A stretch of DNA of 63,519 nucleotides, filler included, from Octopus bimaculoides (GCF_001194135.2; 3 parts of 3 records of this genome joined end to end with filler, not necessarily neighbours in it), one strand, 5' to 3'. Shown: positions 12,663-27,338, counted from the whole stretch's first letter. Program-made: numbers and translations. Notes: generated from the sequence alone by a model not told the origin.

Positions 12663-12865
12663 TTTCGAATTTTGGCACAATGCCAGCAATTTCGGGGAAG
12701 GAGTAAATCGATTTCATCGACCCCAGTACTCAAGTACTACTTATTTTATCGCTCCCGAAAAGATAAAAGGCAAAGTCGACGTCGGTAACGTTTGAACTTA
12801 CAACTTAAAGGCAGATGAAATGCCACTAAGGATTTTATTCAGCATGCCAACGATTCTGCCAGCAT
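12663..12865 (-). mobile_element. SINE family B
   Basis: ATCGACCCCAGTAC..AAAGGCAAAGTCGAC..TTTGAACT..CGATTCTGCCAGC. Confidence 0.8.
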
Positions 12866-12896
12866 ATACATACATATATGTATATGTATGTATATA

Positions 12897-12929
<33 letters not shown>

Positions 12930-14827
12930 NNNNNNNNNNNNNNNNNNNNNNNNNNNNNNNNNNNNNNNNNNNNNNNNNNNNNNNNNNNNNNNNNNNNNNN
13001 NNNNNNNNNNNNNNNNNNNNNNNNNNNNNNNNNNNNNNNNNNNNNNNNNNNNNNNNNNNNNNNNNNNNNNNNNNNNNNNNNNNNNNNNNNNNNNNNNNNN
13101 NNNNNNNNNNNNNNNNNNNNNNNNNNNNNNNNNNNNNNNNNNNNNNNNNNNNNNNNNNNNNNNNNNNNNNNNNNNNNNNNNNNNNNNNNNNNNNNNNNNN
13201 NNNNNNNNNNNNNNNNNNNNNNNNNNNNNNNNNNNNNNNNNNNNNNNNNNNNNNNNNNNNNNNNNNNNNNNNNNNNNNNNNNNNNNNNNNNNNNNNNNNN
13301 NNNNNNNNNNNNNNNNNNNNNNNNNNNNNNNNNNNNNNNNNNNNNNNNNNNNNNNNNNNNNNNNNNNNNNNNNNNNNNNNNNNNNNNNNNNNNNNNNNNN
13401 NNNNNNNNNNNNNNNNNNNNNNNNGTGGTGGTGGTGGTAGGTGAGAGCATTCTTTGACTGCCAGTCGCAGAACAAGAGGTGCTTGTTAGTTGCCACTATT
13501 TACAAATATCATGTAGCGATTTTGATCAATAGAATCTTACCACTCATTAACAGCTTTGACCATAGAATTCTAACCATTCTTTTGCTGCTGGCACAACAAC
13601 AGGATCTCAACATGGACGTTTCGCTTCCAAATCTTAGGTTTTATTCAATTCTATTGAAATTTGCTTTCGAATATAACCAACAAAAACAACGATAATTTAT
13701 TAGTGGTGCCTTCTTCCCAAAATAATTCTCATTTGTCAATCTTTCGGACATTTTGTAGGTCCATAGGACTGTCTCCTTTCCTCTATCTTTATCACTCTGC
13801 CTACTTATCTAGCTATCTACCTACCTATCTATTAATCAATCTATCAGGCTACCTGGCAACCTACCTGTATGCTTACCAGCCTGTAAATTTATCTTTCTTC
13901 CCTCTATCTGTCTACCTATCTAGCTATTTACCTATCTTTCTGTGTATCTTCCAACGGAATTATCTATCTATCTCTGTCTATCGCCCTCTTTGTCTATCTA
14001 CATGCTTATCTATCTACCTGTCATTTTATCTATCTATCTATCTATCTATCTNNNNNNNNNNNNNNNNNNNNNNNNNNNNNNNNNNNNNNNNNNNNNNNNN
14101 NNNNNNNNNNNNNNNNNNNNNNNNNNNNNNNNNNNNNNNNNNNNNNNNNNNCCGCGAGGTAGGTTCATCTGGGACTCTCGATAGGAAGAGGTCCAGCTTT
14201 ATATTTATATATGTATGCATGTATATACACACACGTGATGCATCTCTGCACATGCGTGAGTATATAAAAATAACTAAGCCAGATTCCGCAGTAAGAACCC
14301 CGATATTTGGGTTTTAAACACTGTACTCTTTATGTTTGCCACGAGGGAAACAAAGTTTTGATAATGAAGTTTATGTTCCGACATCGGACGAGAAACAATG
14401 TTTCTTAAGTGTTAAGAAAAAGGCAGTGGAATCACATGCGCAATGCACACGCACACACAAACACACACATACACATACACACACGCGCACACACAAACAC
14501 ACACATACACATACACACACGCGCACACACACACACACAGAGTCATACGTACAAATGCGCGCGTGTGTGCGTGTAAATGCATATACGCGTAAATATATTT
14601 TTGAATGCATGTGCATAGCTTGATGCCGTGAAAAATATATGTGGAGATATTAAATATTCATTCGATGCTAAAGCCTCACTTCGTTGTTACTCCAAGTTTC
14701 CCCATTTCAATCACCTGGAATAACAGTAGCGAGAAAATGGGGAGTAGCCACCGAGAAAACCCACAGTATCATATAAATAAACGAACCTGATTTACTTCGA
14801 GCATTTAGTACATACATTTTTTTCTAC

Positions 14828-14832
<5 letters not shown>

Positions 14833-14884
<52 letters not shown>

Positions 14885-14885
14885 C

Positions 14886-14941
<56 letters not shown>
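14833..14941. repeat. (TA)n-(GATA)n microsatellite
   Basis: Direct reading of the sequence. Confidence 0.95.
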
Positions 14942-15187
14942 GTCTCCAGCAATGGCTCTGATGAAAGTAACAATAATCTTCTTAGATTGTTCAATTTACT
15001 TAAATTGATTAATAAACAAAGTGGGTATATCTATCTATAATGAACACTGGAAACAGCTGTAAGCCAAATTTGCCCTAATAAGGGAATTATATGTAATCAC
15101 AATTATTTTTAACTTGTCTCTTATATATATATATATATTAACGGAGTGAGAGAAATATAGTTGTACGTACTTCCGCACACACATTTG

Positions 15188-15266
<79 letters not shown>

Positions 15267-16239
15267 ATACATATATACATACATACATACATAAATAAAC
15301 GCATGCATATATGCATGTACACATTCATCCTTATAATGATACCTTTATATCTGCGCATATGTATATGTGTCTAAGTTAGTGTAGATCTGTGTATACAAAT
15401 ACACATACACATATATATATATTCACAAATGTATAAGAATGCATATCTGTAATTATTTATACATATATATACATAAAACATGTAAATAAAATATACACGG
15501 TATTGCATGCATTTATGTATGTATGCTTGTATGTCGACACACCGAATCGGAAGACCAATTAATCTATAAATCGACCAGTCCAATTGATCAATGACCAATT
15601 TATCAACTCTAATATTTCTACTAATTCGATTAACTACTACGAGACATACCGTGTGATTCTGCTTTCACATATGACTGAATGTGCATATGTAATCAAGCGA
15701 CTAGCGTTGTGATCTGCAACCCTGATAACATGGCACGTGTTTACTGACATGAACAGAAGAGGAAACCAACGGAAAAATTCCATATATCAACCAAAAAATA
15801 TTACGTAAATATAATCTTTTGATCGATTGTTATAAACAATAGAAAGAATAGAAGATATGTTGTCTGGTGCAATATTTTAACTTTTCATAACACAGCACAA
15901 TGCAGCATAATATATTTATCAGGCAAAAAGAATGAAACAAGAAGCAGAGAAAGAGTAGAGTGACCTTGTGCACGACCGATTGATGTTTTAGAAATAACAC
16001 TTAACTAACCCTTCAATCACTTCTTGCTGTATATTGTGAAGAAAATTGATGTTATTCGAATTGTGCAACAGGAAAAGCTCCAAAATTAAATCTTTATAGT
16101 GAATCTTTTACATATGCTGCATATTTTTCATGTGTATCTTTGAAAACCCAAAAGCTGCAGTTTTCCTCCGGAAAAAAATATATACAGGTATAGTGTTTAA
16201 AAAAAACTACATTATACTTCAAAGCTAGGCGAATCGAAA

Positions 16240-16920
16240 TTGTCCTGAAAATGACGGCAAGAGTGACAGATGTGCATTTCACCGTACGTGCGGCTTGTCA
16301 GTGACACGTACACGAGTTACTTCTGAAACAGTGGCGAATTGGCTAGTCTGACATATATAAAAAGTATATAAACAATACACTGATTTGCAATGACGCCACT
16401 TCGGCTGAATAAAGTTCGAGTCACACAACAGAAGCAGCTTTAAACTAAAATCGTTTTATATCATATTCAACGCATGTTTATCGTTGAAGAGTCAGAAGCT
16501 ACAGAAGTATTTTGTTGTTTAAAAACAATACGTCTATAAAGGGATTTTTACCCGGACGAAAACTGCAGCAACTGGTCTTTCGACGATACATACGTTAAGT
16601 ATTTCAGACAGATAGATAAAAAATAGAGGATGAACTAGTTAATGTTGACTGGGATTAACTACGCCAGAATGGAAACAACAAATAATAACGGAAATGATGG
16701 TCACGTTCCGAATCTATTTATTCATAGGTTTATGTGATTAACTTTCAACAAAGCTTAAACAAGAAACACATAAAAAGTACAAACATAGCACAAGAAACAC
16801 CACAAGCACAACAACAACAACAACAATGACTGCATGATGAAAATTCGACAAAGGAACATGATTTGTGGTGACATCGTGAAACGAAACATTTTACTAAGGC
16901 AACTTTAAAACTATCAAAAG
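16240..16920 (+). promoter_or_regulatory. Candidate TATA promoter and non-coding first exon
   Basis: TATATAAA at 16354 and 16365, CRE-like TGACGCCA at 16391, non-repetitive CpG-retaining sequence, and a strong donor AAAG|GTAAGC at 16920/16921. Confidence 0.3.
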
Positions 16921-16931
16921 GTAAGCATTTA

Positions 16932-16979
<48 letters not shown>

Positions 16980-18799
16980 NNNNNNNNNNNNNNNNNNNNN
17001 NNNNNNNNNNNNNNNNNNNNNNNTTAATTAATTAANNNNNNNNNNNNNNNNNNNNNNNNNNNNNNNNNNNNNNNNNNNNACACACACACACGCACTCGTG
17101 TGTTTATATGTGCCTGTATGCAGAGAGATCTTAAATTAAGATCTGTAAATTTCGGAGTGCATCACGGAAATGCCTTCTCAACGGATCCAGTGATTAATTC
17201 ATGGTTTTGTTCAATGTTATTGTTGCTGGCTTGTCAACTGCGACAACCGACATCTCAACCTCTTCTGCCGCTGCTGCTGCTGTTGCTCCTGTTACTCCCA
17301 CCGCTACTCTTGCTGCTATTACTGCTGCTGATGATGGTACGGATGATGATGACGTCATGATTATAAGTATGATGGTGCTTTAGGATACATCGATTATAAG
17401 AAGATTTTTTCTGAAATTCACACTTACCAATGTATGTCTGGATATTGGATCTATTTTCAGTAATATATAGTGTTATCTCTATAAAAGTATCGATCGTTCC
17501 CTTAGCCCGCAGATTAGAATCGGACAACCAGTCAAAGTAGTCGAATATTTTTGTCTTGTCTCATGGCAGTCAGTATACTATGTACATTGCTTTAATACTG
17601 AATTATTAACTGTTCCGTAAGCTTAGATTTAAGTTTTGTTACCATAATGCTGAATGGGTTACTGTCGTCAAAAGTGATTGGACTGAACACATTTTAAAAA
17701 GTTTAATCAAATTATCACCTCTACCTTAGCGAAAGCGGAAGTATTATTTTCAGTTGTACTTGTTTGTTTGTCCGTTGACAAAATATCTCAAGAAATGCTG
17801 GATGAATTCAGAAGAAACTTTCAGGAATGTTTGACCACGATTAGATTTTGGGATCGATCCGGTACCGGACGAGGATTCTGGATTATTTTTCCTGTGTCTT
17901 TTTCTTAATTTTTGAGAGCTGTCTGATTTATTTTTAGTATTCCCGTTTCTGAGAGCAGTCATAAAATTTATTTCATACAGTCTCATTTTGAAAATCATTT
18001 CTGGCTAATCGTTGAGAGGACGTTGGCGTTGCCTTGACGGAAGTTTGCACTCTCTGAATGTTTTTGGTAACATAGAGCTAATGGTTCTTGTGAGAATCAC
18101 TGTCAATTTTTTCGTTCCCACTTTAGGGTGAAGGCGACAATAAATATCAACAAAAACAACAATTGTAGTAACAACAGCAAAATTCACAGGAACACCAGTA
18201 ACCAGTTAAAAAAAGAAAAGAAAAAAGATATGCAAAGTTAAAGCTATTTCAAATTTGACTTTCTTTTAAGAATTTGCCTTGAGAAGATTGTAAGCACCAC
18301 AGATTACCAGAATTTCTCACATAAAGTGGAGGTTTTTGTTTACTTAAATGAAATCGGTATTCTGAATTACGCCAAAACTGCTAAGCATTAGTTCTAAATA
18401 TTTCACAGATATACCCAATAAAGTAATCTACTTACAATTCACATGAAAGAAATCTAAGATATTTAGGAACACTATCGAGTAATTAGGTGTGATCAGAGAT
18501 CAATTTTTCCAGATGAGAAAAATTGAGAATATACTACACTCTCCGGTGTGCAAAAGTTAGTTGTATAGGATGTAATATAACAGACTACATAAGCTGCACA
18601 CTCTCCACAGTTCAGTCTATTTGTATTTACTTCTAGGTTCGGAAAAAGCCGATTCAGAGTGCATCACTGGCAATCGTTCGGAACTTAACATCGATGATGA
18701 GCATTTATGTAGTATTTGGAGTTAATGAAATCATTCAGGCTGTTCTACTATATAATTTTCACCCTAGTCTTCATATTCACAGCATTGTGTCACTGACTT

Positions 18800-20707
18800 G
18801 CTTCCTGACTCGTTAACTCGGTTCCTCGAGTCCCGTCACAAATCAAATAAGTTCAAGATATCATCAATGAACCATGATTCACTTCTTGAGTTATTTCCTG
18901 AAGTGCTTCCTTGGTGTTGTCGGTCAAGGAGCTTTGCAAACCTACAACCTACTTTGACCTCAAACATTGCTGTGAATATTTCTGTTTGTGTGCATCAAAC
19001 ATAATGCGTGTGGATCTCTTCTTATGAATCTTTTATAGTTTGAACATCATTTTCATCTACATCAAATAGTTTCACTGTTGATTACCCGCACCAATGGAAT
19101 AAATGAGGGAATCCAAAGAGGAATGGATAGCAAACCAGTGCAAGATCATGTAAGCTGGGATAAAGAAGGGCAACAGCAACGTTGCTTACGAAATCCTCGA
19201 AATCATAACTGAAACAAACACACTGCCACTGCCATTGAGACCAAAACACGCCTGCTCCTCACAGATGAAAATGATGTCGTCAAAAGATTGTCTGTGTATT
19301 GCAGATACCTGTACAATCATAAACTACGATAGGACAGCAACATCTTTGACGATTCCAACAAGAACAACAGCAACAATGAACTTGGGGTTATTCCAGGTCT
19401 CCAGAAGGAAGTCGAAGAAGCTAGGCGTATGCTCGAAGATGGGGACTCCTCAGAAATGGATAACATCCCATCAAAGCTCCTAAAAGGTGTAAAGCCAACG
19501 TTTATCAAGGCATGAACAGTTACCTGTCAGAAGATATGGTAGTCGAAGCAGTGGCCAATAGAGGGGACCTAATCAGTGATATTACTTATTACCAAGAATA
19601 AGACTCAGCTAGAACTGCAGAAAAATCAGCAAAGTTTTGCTAGGAGTTCTGTTAAAGAGATTTAAAGGGAAGGCAGAAGAAATCATTGCAGGGGAACAGG
19701 CATAATTTAAGCCCAAAAGGCTTACAGTCAAGTGGATATTTAACATTAGACTGCTCTCTCAGAAATATCTACAGCATCAATCTCACCGCTATCACAACTT
19801 TTTCGACCCTCTGTTGCAAGTGTCTTAATCATCACGACTAATGCCTTAACCAACTGCCATATCATTTAGTGATTTTGATGTTAGAATTTTTAAGAACTTC
19901 GCTTTCATTGTAACCTCTCTAAACCTTGATGTTGTCAAACCAGGATTTTCTGTCTCCCTCTCTTTCGCTTTCCTCAGCTGTGCCCTGAAGAATGGCTTTC
20001 GACAAGGAGTTGTGGCGGTATGTGTGCTCATACCATGTAAGCTCTCGTATTTTTACCGCATGGAGTAGGTTATGACAGATGATGAAGTACTACAACTTAG
20101 ATAATAATCTCATCGAAGTAATCCAAGCATTGTATGAAAATTCAAGCAATGCAGTTCTGAACAACATCGAATGAATTCTTCAGAATAACAGTAGGTGTTC
20201 GACAACGATGTCACCTCTCTCCAATGCTTTTCTATGTCTTTCTGTAGAATATCATGCAGGAGGCACTTCAAGACCTCAAATGAGGCTGTCAGGATGCAGT
20301 AAAACACAGCTACAGGAGCTCACCACCAGACTTGAAAAAAGTATCAGGAGTATGCGGGATGGAAATCATCCCAAGAAATAGCAAGTAACTGGTTAACCGT
20401 TAACACCCAAAACAAATCAACCAGAATTATAGAGAAAGACTTGAGGAAATGGATACTTCCAAGTACTTAGGACCCACTTTGACCAAGGACAGCAGATTTC
20501 TACAGCTGTCATGGAGCGACGAATCCAGTCATTTGAGCACAAGTGCTTCAGAATGCTGCAACACATCACATATGCAGAGCATAAAACGAACAGCTTTCTC
20601 TTTCAACAACTACGCTGACAGACAGAAGCCACTTTACGCGCATGTAAAACGACGAGAGCTTTTGGTTAAGGCGTTAGTCGTAATGATTAAAGCACTTGCA
20701 ACAGAGG
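18800..20707. mobile_element. RTE-clade LINE relic rearranged by inversions
   Basis: Plus strand: SKVLLGVLLKRFKGKAEEIIAGEQ, FRITVGVRQRCHLSP and QKPLYAHVKRREL. Minus strand: SWFIDDILNL (18800-19020) and TWYEHTYRHNSLSKAILQGT (19854-20048). Confidence 0.8.
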
Positions 20708-23077
20708 AAGGGAGAAAATAATTAGGGGCAGGACAAGTAACAAAAGTAGAGAAGGTAGAAAGAGAAAGGGAAGAAATAAAAAGAAAATAGAGTCAATTAA
20801 AAAGGTCGGTGTAGGAAGAAAGGAAAGGAATACGCGGAATAGAGAAAATAACATCTTTTCGCATAAATTGCCCCATGAACGATATGTTTATATGGACACG
20901 GCGCCTCCACTTTGTAAGATCTGAGCCCGAATTTCAGTGAGGTAAAACTTGAATTTCAATCTTCTCAGAATCAGGCTAGTACAACGCTATTCAGATATAG
21001 GGGTCGATGAAATAGCCTGCTTCTTGACATCCTGTATCATTAATATCCATTCATTAGATCCTTCATTAAATATGGTCTACATACGTAGCCTTCATCAGCT
21101 CATTTTATACATTTTTCTTTGAAATGATTGATACGCAAGACTATGTTGCTGCCGACAAGTTCTTAAAAACACAAAGTATCTTAAAATAATTGTCTTTAAG
21201 TTATCCAAGTTTCATATCTCATCTTCTGTCATACTGATGAAAAGGTACGAACAATTTTCAGACAATTTTAACTTTCAATTTCTTTAGTATTCATTAACAA
21301 TTTGTGTATTCATTATCAATTACGTTTCAAATTACATCGGCCGTATGATCTTTGAAACTTCTTGATTAAATAGAATATATTCCGTCTGGCATCGTCGGCT
21401 GATCAACGTCTTTCACCATCAGTAGTGTCGGCCAATCAATGATATTAGAATTCAGTCTCTGTTTAGAAAGTGAAAGTATGTTTGACATGACGTGTCTAGG
21501 TTGCAAATAGATAACGATTAGATGTAGAAGGCATTGTAAGAAAGCAGGGTTACATTACCTACGTAGCAATGGGCTGTTGTGGGTGACAGCATGTAGGTTA
21601 TTGAAAGAATTGAAACGTAGGGCACAAATAGTTGATAGGGTATAATTCAGACACAAACGATTCCATGAGTAACTTGATGTGAGAAAGATTGATCAAACCA
21701 TAGGACAACAGTTTCGAATAACGATCACAGAGAAATGCCCGAGCGTGAGTTTATTACTTTATCATTTGCTCTGAAGGAAAGGCAGCGCCTGTGACCTTTT
21801 GCAGTAGGCAGTTTCCATGACCTGTTACAGAGGAGTCTGGCCAGACTGCATGTAAGAAAGTGGTAACGTTAAACTGAGTGGCGAATCAAGATGCCCATCC
21901 AAACCTCGTAGAGGGACATTAATTCGGAATGAAAATAGCTGGAACTAATACCGCAAGTCATATAGTACGACATTCTGTCAAATTCTGTCAACCCACCTTG
22001 AGTTGGCACATTTTTATCAACCCCAAGTGATGATTTGCAAAGTTGATATCATTAGGATTTGGAACTCATAGCGCATAGAGTTGGCCGAACATCTTAGAGC
22101 AAGCATTATGTCCGACGATTTAACGACTCAGCTCGTTCAGCACTGAAATATATTGTTTGATGAAAACGAGGCGTGATGGCGATACAGAATATATAAACCC
22201 AAGTATGTGCGTATACATATACATGTTTGTATATCATAATCAAATATCTGACCATCAGACACACACACACACATATATATATATATATGTATGTATATAA
22301 ATGTCAGATTCAGGGATCGAAGTCTAGGAAGAAAGTTAACTCCAAGCAATCCGTAGTAAATATAAAAATATCCCTTTCAGGAACAATAGTGGTTTATTGA
22401 GACGGAAGATTGCGGACTCTTTTCTTTTATCGAGGAACGATGCACTGAAAAAAAGTTCTATTTATGTTCCTCGGTATGCTACCAGGTTTACTGAGTGTGT
22501 GAAAAAGAATACAAGAGTTACGGAATGGAGTATGGAAAATCCAGGTTACATATGTTGCATAGCGAGTGGAACCTCAAAAGTGTTAAAATCCAAGTGAGGT
22601 GTACACTGCCGGCTACTCTTCAGGCTAAGTATATCTTAATTAGATTAAAGGCTACATTGTCGCAAGATGGCACATGTCGACGCAAAGATTCAATCAGAAT
22701 GTGTCACACAGTAACCGGCAGTATACACCATACATGGATTTTAACATTTTCAGTCTTATCTTTGATGTCACAAATCTCGAAGGTAATGATGGAATGATGA
22801 CAGAAAAATAAAAAAAATAAAACACAGAACACCTGACTGATATTATTGAAACTTCAAAATTAAATACCTTAATCAAAATTATGGCTTAAACTTCTGTTGA
22901 CGTGCAAGGATAAGCAGCATTAAATGAATATCGATATGGTGTGATGTATGTGCTTGTTTGTATCTGAGGTTCCTAATAAGCTTTCGTATCTAAATCTATA
23001 GATGTATACTTAGATAGATATGTGTACACACAGATGCATGAACTTATATGTAATCATACATAAATGTGTGTATATAC

Positions 23078-23132
<55 letters not shown>

Positions 23133-23134
23133 CG

Positions 23135-23276
23135 TGAAGGTGCATGGCTCAGCGGTTAGAGCGGACCGAGCCGCGTGTTGTATTCTTGAGCAAGACACTT
23201 TATTTCACGTTGCTCCAGTTCACTCAGCTGTAGAAATGAGTTGCGACGTCACAGGTGGCAAGCAGTATCGCCCTTT
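23135..23276 (+). mobile_element. tRNA-headed SINE, family C, truncated by a gap
   Basis: GGTGCATGGCTCAGCGGTTAGAGCG (A-box-like), then CTTGAGCAAGACACTTTATTTCACGTTGCTCCAGT. A related segment lies at 55200-55260. Confidence 0.6.
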
Positions 23277-24688
23277 NNNNNNNNNNNNNNNNNNNNNNNN
23301 NNNNNNNNNNNNNNNNNNNNNNNNNNNNNNNNNNNNNNNNNNNNNNNNNNNNNNNNNNNNNNNNNNNNNNNNNNNNNNNNNNNNNNNNNNNNNNNNNNNN
23401 NNNNNNNNNNNNNNNNNNNNNNNNNNNNNNNNNNNNNNNNNNNNNNNNNNNNNNNNNNNNNNNNNNNNNNNNNNNNNNNNNNNNNNNNNNNNNNNNNNNN
23501 NNNNNNNNNNNNNNNNNNNNNNNNNNNNNNNNNNNNNNNNNNNNNNNNNNNNNNNNNNNNNNNNNNNNNNNNNNNNNNNNNNNNNNNNNNNNNNNNNNNN
23601 NNNNNNNNNNNNNNNNNNNNNNNNNNNNNNNNNNNNNNNNNNNNNNNNNNNNNNNNNNNNNNNNNNNNNNNNNNNNNNNNNNNNNNNNNNNNNNNNNNNN
23701 NNNNNNNNNNNNNNNNNNNNNNNNNNNNNNNNNNNNNNNNNNNNNNNNNNNNNNNNNNNNNNNNNNNNNNNNNNNNNNNNNNNNNNNNNNNNNNNNNNNN
23801 NNNNNNNNNNNNNNNNNNNNNNNNNNNNNNNNNNNNNNNNNNNNNNNNNNNNNNNNNNNNNNNNNNNNNNNNNNNNNNNNNNNNNNNNNNNNNNNNNNNN
23901 NNNNNNNNNNNNNNNNNNNNNNNNNNNNNNNNNNNNNNNNNNNNNNNNNNNNNNNNNNNNNNNNNNNNNNNNNNNNNNNNNNNNNNNNNNNNNNNNNNNN
24001 NNNATATATATATACCCATTAAACCTGCAACGAGATCTTGTGATTTGGTAAAGTAGGTATAATGGAGAAATATTTTCCTGAATTTTGTTACTGATAATAT
24101 GTCTTCTGTATGTGTATTGACATGAGCAGAAACTGTAACATTTAAACCCTTAACATTAAAAACATGTATATACATAATTTAAATATCATTTACGAGAATA
24201 AACCTCAGGATAACAAAAATATTATTTTGATAAGTAACTTCATGATGCTAAAGTTGTATAATAAAATAAACGAAATATGACACAGCTTTAGAGATATACC
24301 GCAAAAAATTACAGTCATCAATCTACTACAACTGAAATATTTCCAGTTGATATTCCCTAATATTATCGTTGGCACTATAGATTTGACGGACAGATAACAA
24401 CTTAATTGAATATTTTGCATCATATGTATAAAAACGTATTATCTCTGTCAGTAATGCTTCTTCCTCAGTTACAGTCTTTATAACTAATATATTCTATAGA
24501 AATCATTCCTGTTTTTTCTTTTATTTGCAAATGTTCTCGCTTCAATTAAGCATCTGGTATACTGTCCCCGTCTAAAATATTAACATTGATCAGGAATTCC
24601 CAAAGATGATTACAATAAAAATACACCGAGCAACAGGCCACTTCGGGCATTGTAAAACCTGCAGCTATTCGTTACTCTAACAGTTATA

Positions 24689-25724
24689 TTGTGTCATCCC
24701 ATAAATAATGCGATTTTGTGAATACTTCTTTTATTTTTCAAAATTAAGATAAACAAATTTCTTTTTTAATCTAAAATATCCTCTCCTGCATTTTCTACAA
24801 TGCTCTTCCATCTATCTGGTAGATTTGCAAGGCTCCTCTTCCAAAATTCACTTGTTCGGGACGAAAAGTATCCCTCCAGTACTGTTCAGACCTTGTCTAC
24901 ATAATTCATATTTTTTCCGTCCAAATGGTTTTGAAGACAGCGAAATAACTGATAATCAGATGGGGAAACGTCCGGCGATTATGGTGGGTGGGGCATCGTT
25001 TCCCATTCAAACTGCTCCAGCCTTTGAAATGTCATCCTCGCTGTATGTGGCCGACCGGGCATTATCCTGATGGAAGACCAAATTTCTTCTTGAAACCGTT
25101 TTGCTTCAAGCGCTGACTTAAGACACTCAAGTTGCTCGCAGTAGATCTCTTTTGTTATCGTTTGGTTTGGGTTTAAAAGTTCAGAGTGGACTAAACCTTT
25201 CATATCCCACCAAACAGATAACACCTTATTGTGGGTGAAGACCTTCTTTAGCCTGGAATGCCGGTGTTTCTCTTTTCCCTATCTCTGCTAGTTCCTCAAC
25301 AGTTATGATGGGATTTTGTTCCACCAGAGTTTTCAGGACGACCTGGTCCAGCTCTACAGAACTTCTAGGGCAAGGCTCGACTTATAGGCTGTCGTTTCCT
25401 GCTCGGAATTTCTGGAATCACCATTGACATGGCTTACGCTTATTGTCCAACCCCATATACTACATTAATATTCCTCGCACGTTGTTGCCTTTATTGGACA
25501 CAAAGCAACATATTCCGAATATGCCCCTTTGTCACTTCTATTATATCTTAGAAAAAATAACTGTTAAAATCGAACTGCACTCTTCAGAACTTGCACTATG
25601 ATTAAGTTCAAGATAAAATTACTACCTGCTTTTATAGCGAGTTGATGCAGGTAGTTTATGCTGTCCATATCCGACTTATAGTTTATACACTTGAAAATAA
25701 CGCATTATTTATGGGATGACCCAA
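24689..25724 (-). mobile_element. Internally deleted mariner transposon with both TIRs
   Basis: 24-bp TIRs TTG(T/G)GTCATCCCATAAATAATGCG flanked by TA on both sides. The transposase shows MLSVWWDMKGLVH, RPHTAR and PPYSPDVSPSDYQLF. Confidence 0.9.
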
Positions 25725-26076
25725 TACTTCTGTATCAATACACTTTTTATAAATTTACAAATACTATTGTTTATAGGTTATTTGTACAAACAACTCAATG
25801 TACTCTAGTATATAACTGATAAATATCAAATATGGAATAATAAAATCTGGGTTGCTCTTTTAGTATTTCAGTCCCAAAGCTAGAGTGGGTAAGACTTAAT
25901 ACTGAAATATTTTTAGTCATGCTTACCGTTCTTATTTCTAATTTCTATTTTCTCATTTAATCCATAAAAGGACAATTTTACTTATATGACTTTCATGGCT
26001 TTCTAATAAATATTAATGATATTCCCTCCCGCTTTCTCTAAAATAACAAGAGTTAGTCGTTGTTCTAGTCACTTAC

Positions 26077-26145
26077 CTATATTGCGGTGAGTGTCCTCGG
26101 AAAGTAGCTAACGTCAATGCGGTAGATAACAGCCTAGTCTTTGCG
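26077..26145 (-). CDS. Candidate 69-nt internal exon, product unknown (xAKTRLLSTALTLATFRGHSPQYR)
   Basis: Acceptor CATTTCATCCAG and a consensus donor ATAG|GTAAGT. Only one frame is open, phase 2/2. I do not recognise the peptide. Confidence 0.3.
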
Positions 26146-27125
26146 CTGGATGAAATGTATATTTACGTGTGTAAGGGAGATACGATGCATTAGTTAGTTT
26201 TTACAATTAATATCTCTCACTTTTAATACATTTTCTGGCAAATTATTGTTATCTGCAAACCGTGGGAGTATATTCTAAGATAAAGCTACCCTTCTACAAA
26301 GCAAGAGAATAAGGTTCCTTAGAATCGAACAATATAACTAGAGTGAATTCATTGTAAACACGATGGAAGGGCTTCAGGACCTTAAACGCAAGACCGTAGA
26401 ATTTTTATTTGAAAAAGAAACGAATCATATCGACAACTGGAGAATTTCCTGGAAATTCAGCTCCATGAAATCACAATGTGGATGATGAGTGTTCGAAAAG
26501 TTAGCGTCGGTTATTTATGCAAACTAACTTGTGCTTAGCCAAGATGTTCATCAGTCAAACACTTCAACATCTAATCCAGGGATATCAGTGAATGAGGTAG
26601 GTTGACGGACAATAGGAACTTTGTGCATTGAAATCACTTCAGATGACGAATTTGATGAAAGGGAATATTGAATAGTTTACTTTAATGTAGGTAATCCAGT
26701 AAATACTGGTAGGCGAAATAATGTAGAAATCGATGGAGTCAGCTTTGAAATATCTGGAATAAGACATCGGAGATATTTAAGTATAGTAAATGGCATTAAC
26801 ATACACATCGATTAAACTAAATTGTTTAACAGGATTTGGATATCTTTGGTTAGCTTCTCAAAATTATGTGCTCCTGGTGGTGAAATAGGTATTACAAATT
26901 TGAAGTATTTACCATATTATATACCAGCCATTGCAGCAACTTCCCGAGGCATTCCTGGCACATTCAAATTCTGTATTATCTAGAAGCAAGTTAGCACTGA
27001 CTGATGTCTTCTAAGGTAGACTGCTTTTCATTGCAAGTATAGACAGAAACAATTCATCAAGTGTCTGATTTTTCTAAAAATCAGCGCCTGATATGAATAA
27101 CTGCGACAAAAATTTTTAATCCTTT

Positions 27126-27127
<2 letters not shown>

Positions 27128-27195
<68 letters not shown>

Positions 27196-27250
27196 GTCTA
27201 TCTAGTTATCAACCTGTCTGTCTATCTATCTTTCTCTCTATCTGTCTGTC

Positions 27251-27338
<88 letters not shown>

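Noticed and set aside
17024-17035. TTAATTAATTAA inside a gap, repeated at 44515-44526
   Set aside because: Each copy has 44 Ns on both sides (100 nt in total) and stops in all six frames. This is an artificial scaffolding spacer.
17126-17144. 19-bp palindrome AGATCTTAA-A-TTAAGATCT; also a 12-bp inverted repeat at 9014-9064
   Set aside because: Both are isolated and short, and plausible by chance or as TE debris in AT-rich DNA.
17750-17998. 82-aa minus-strand ORF
   Set aside because: No recognisable domain and no convincing splice context; a chance ORF cannot be excluded.
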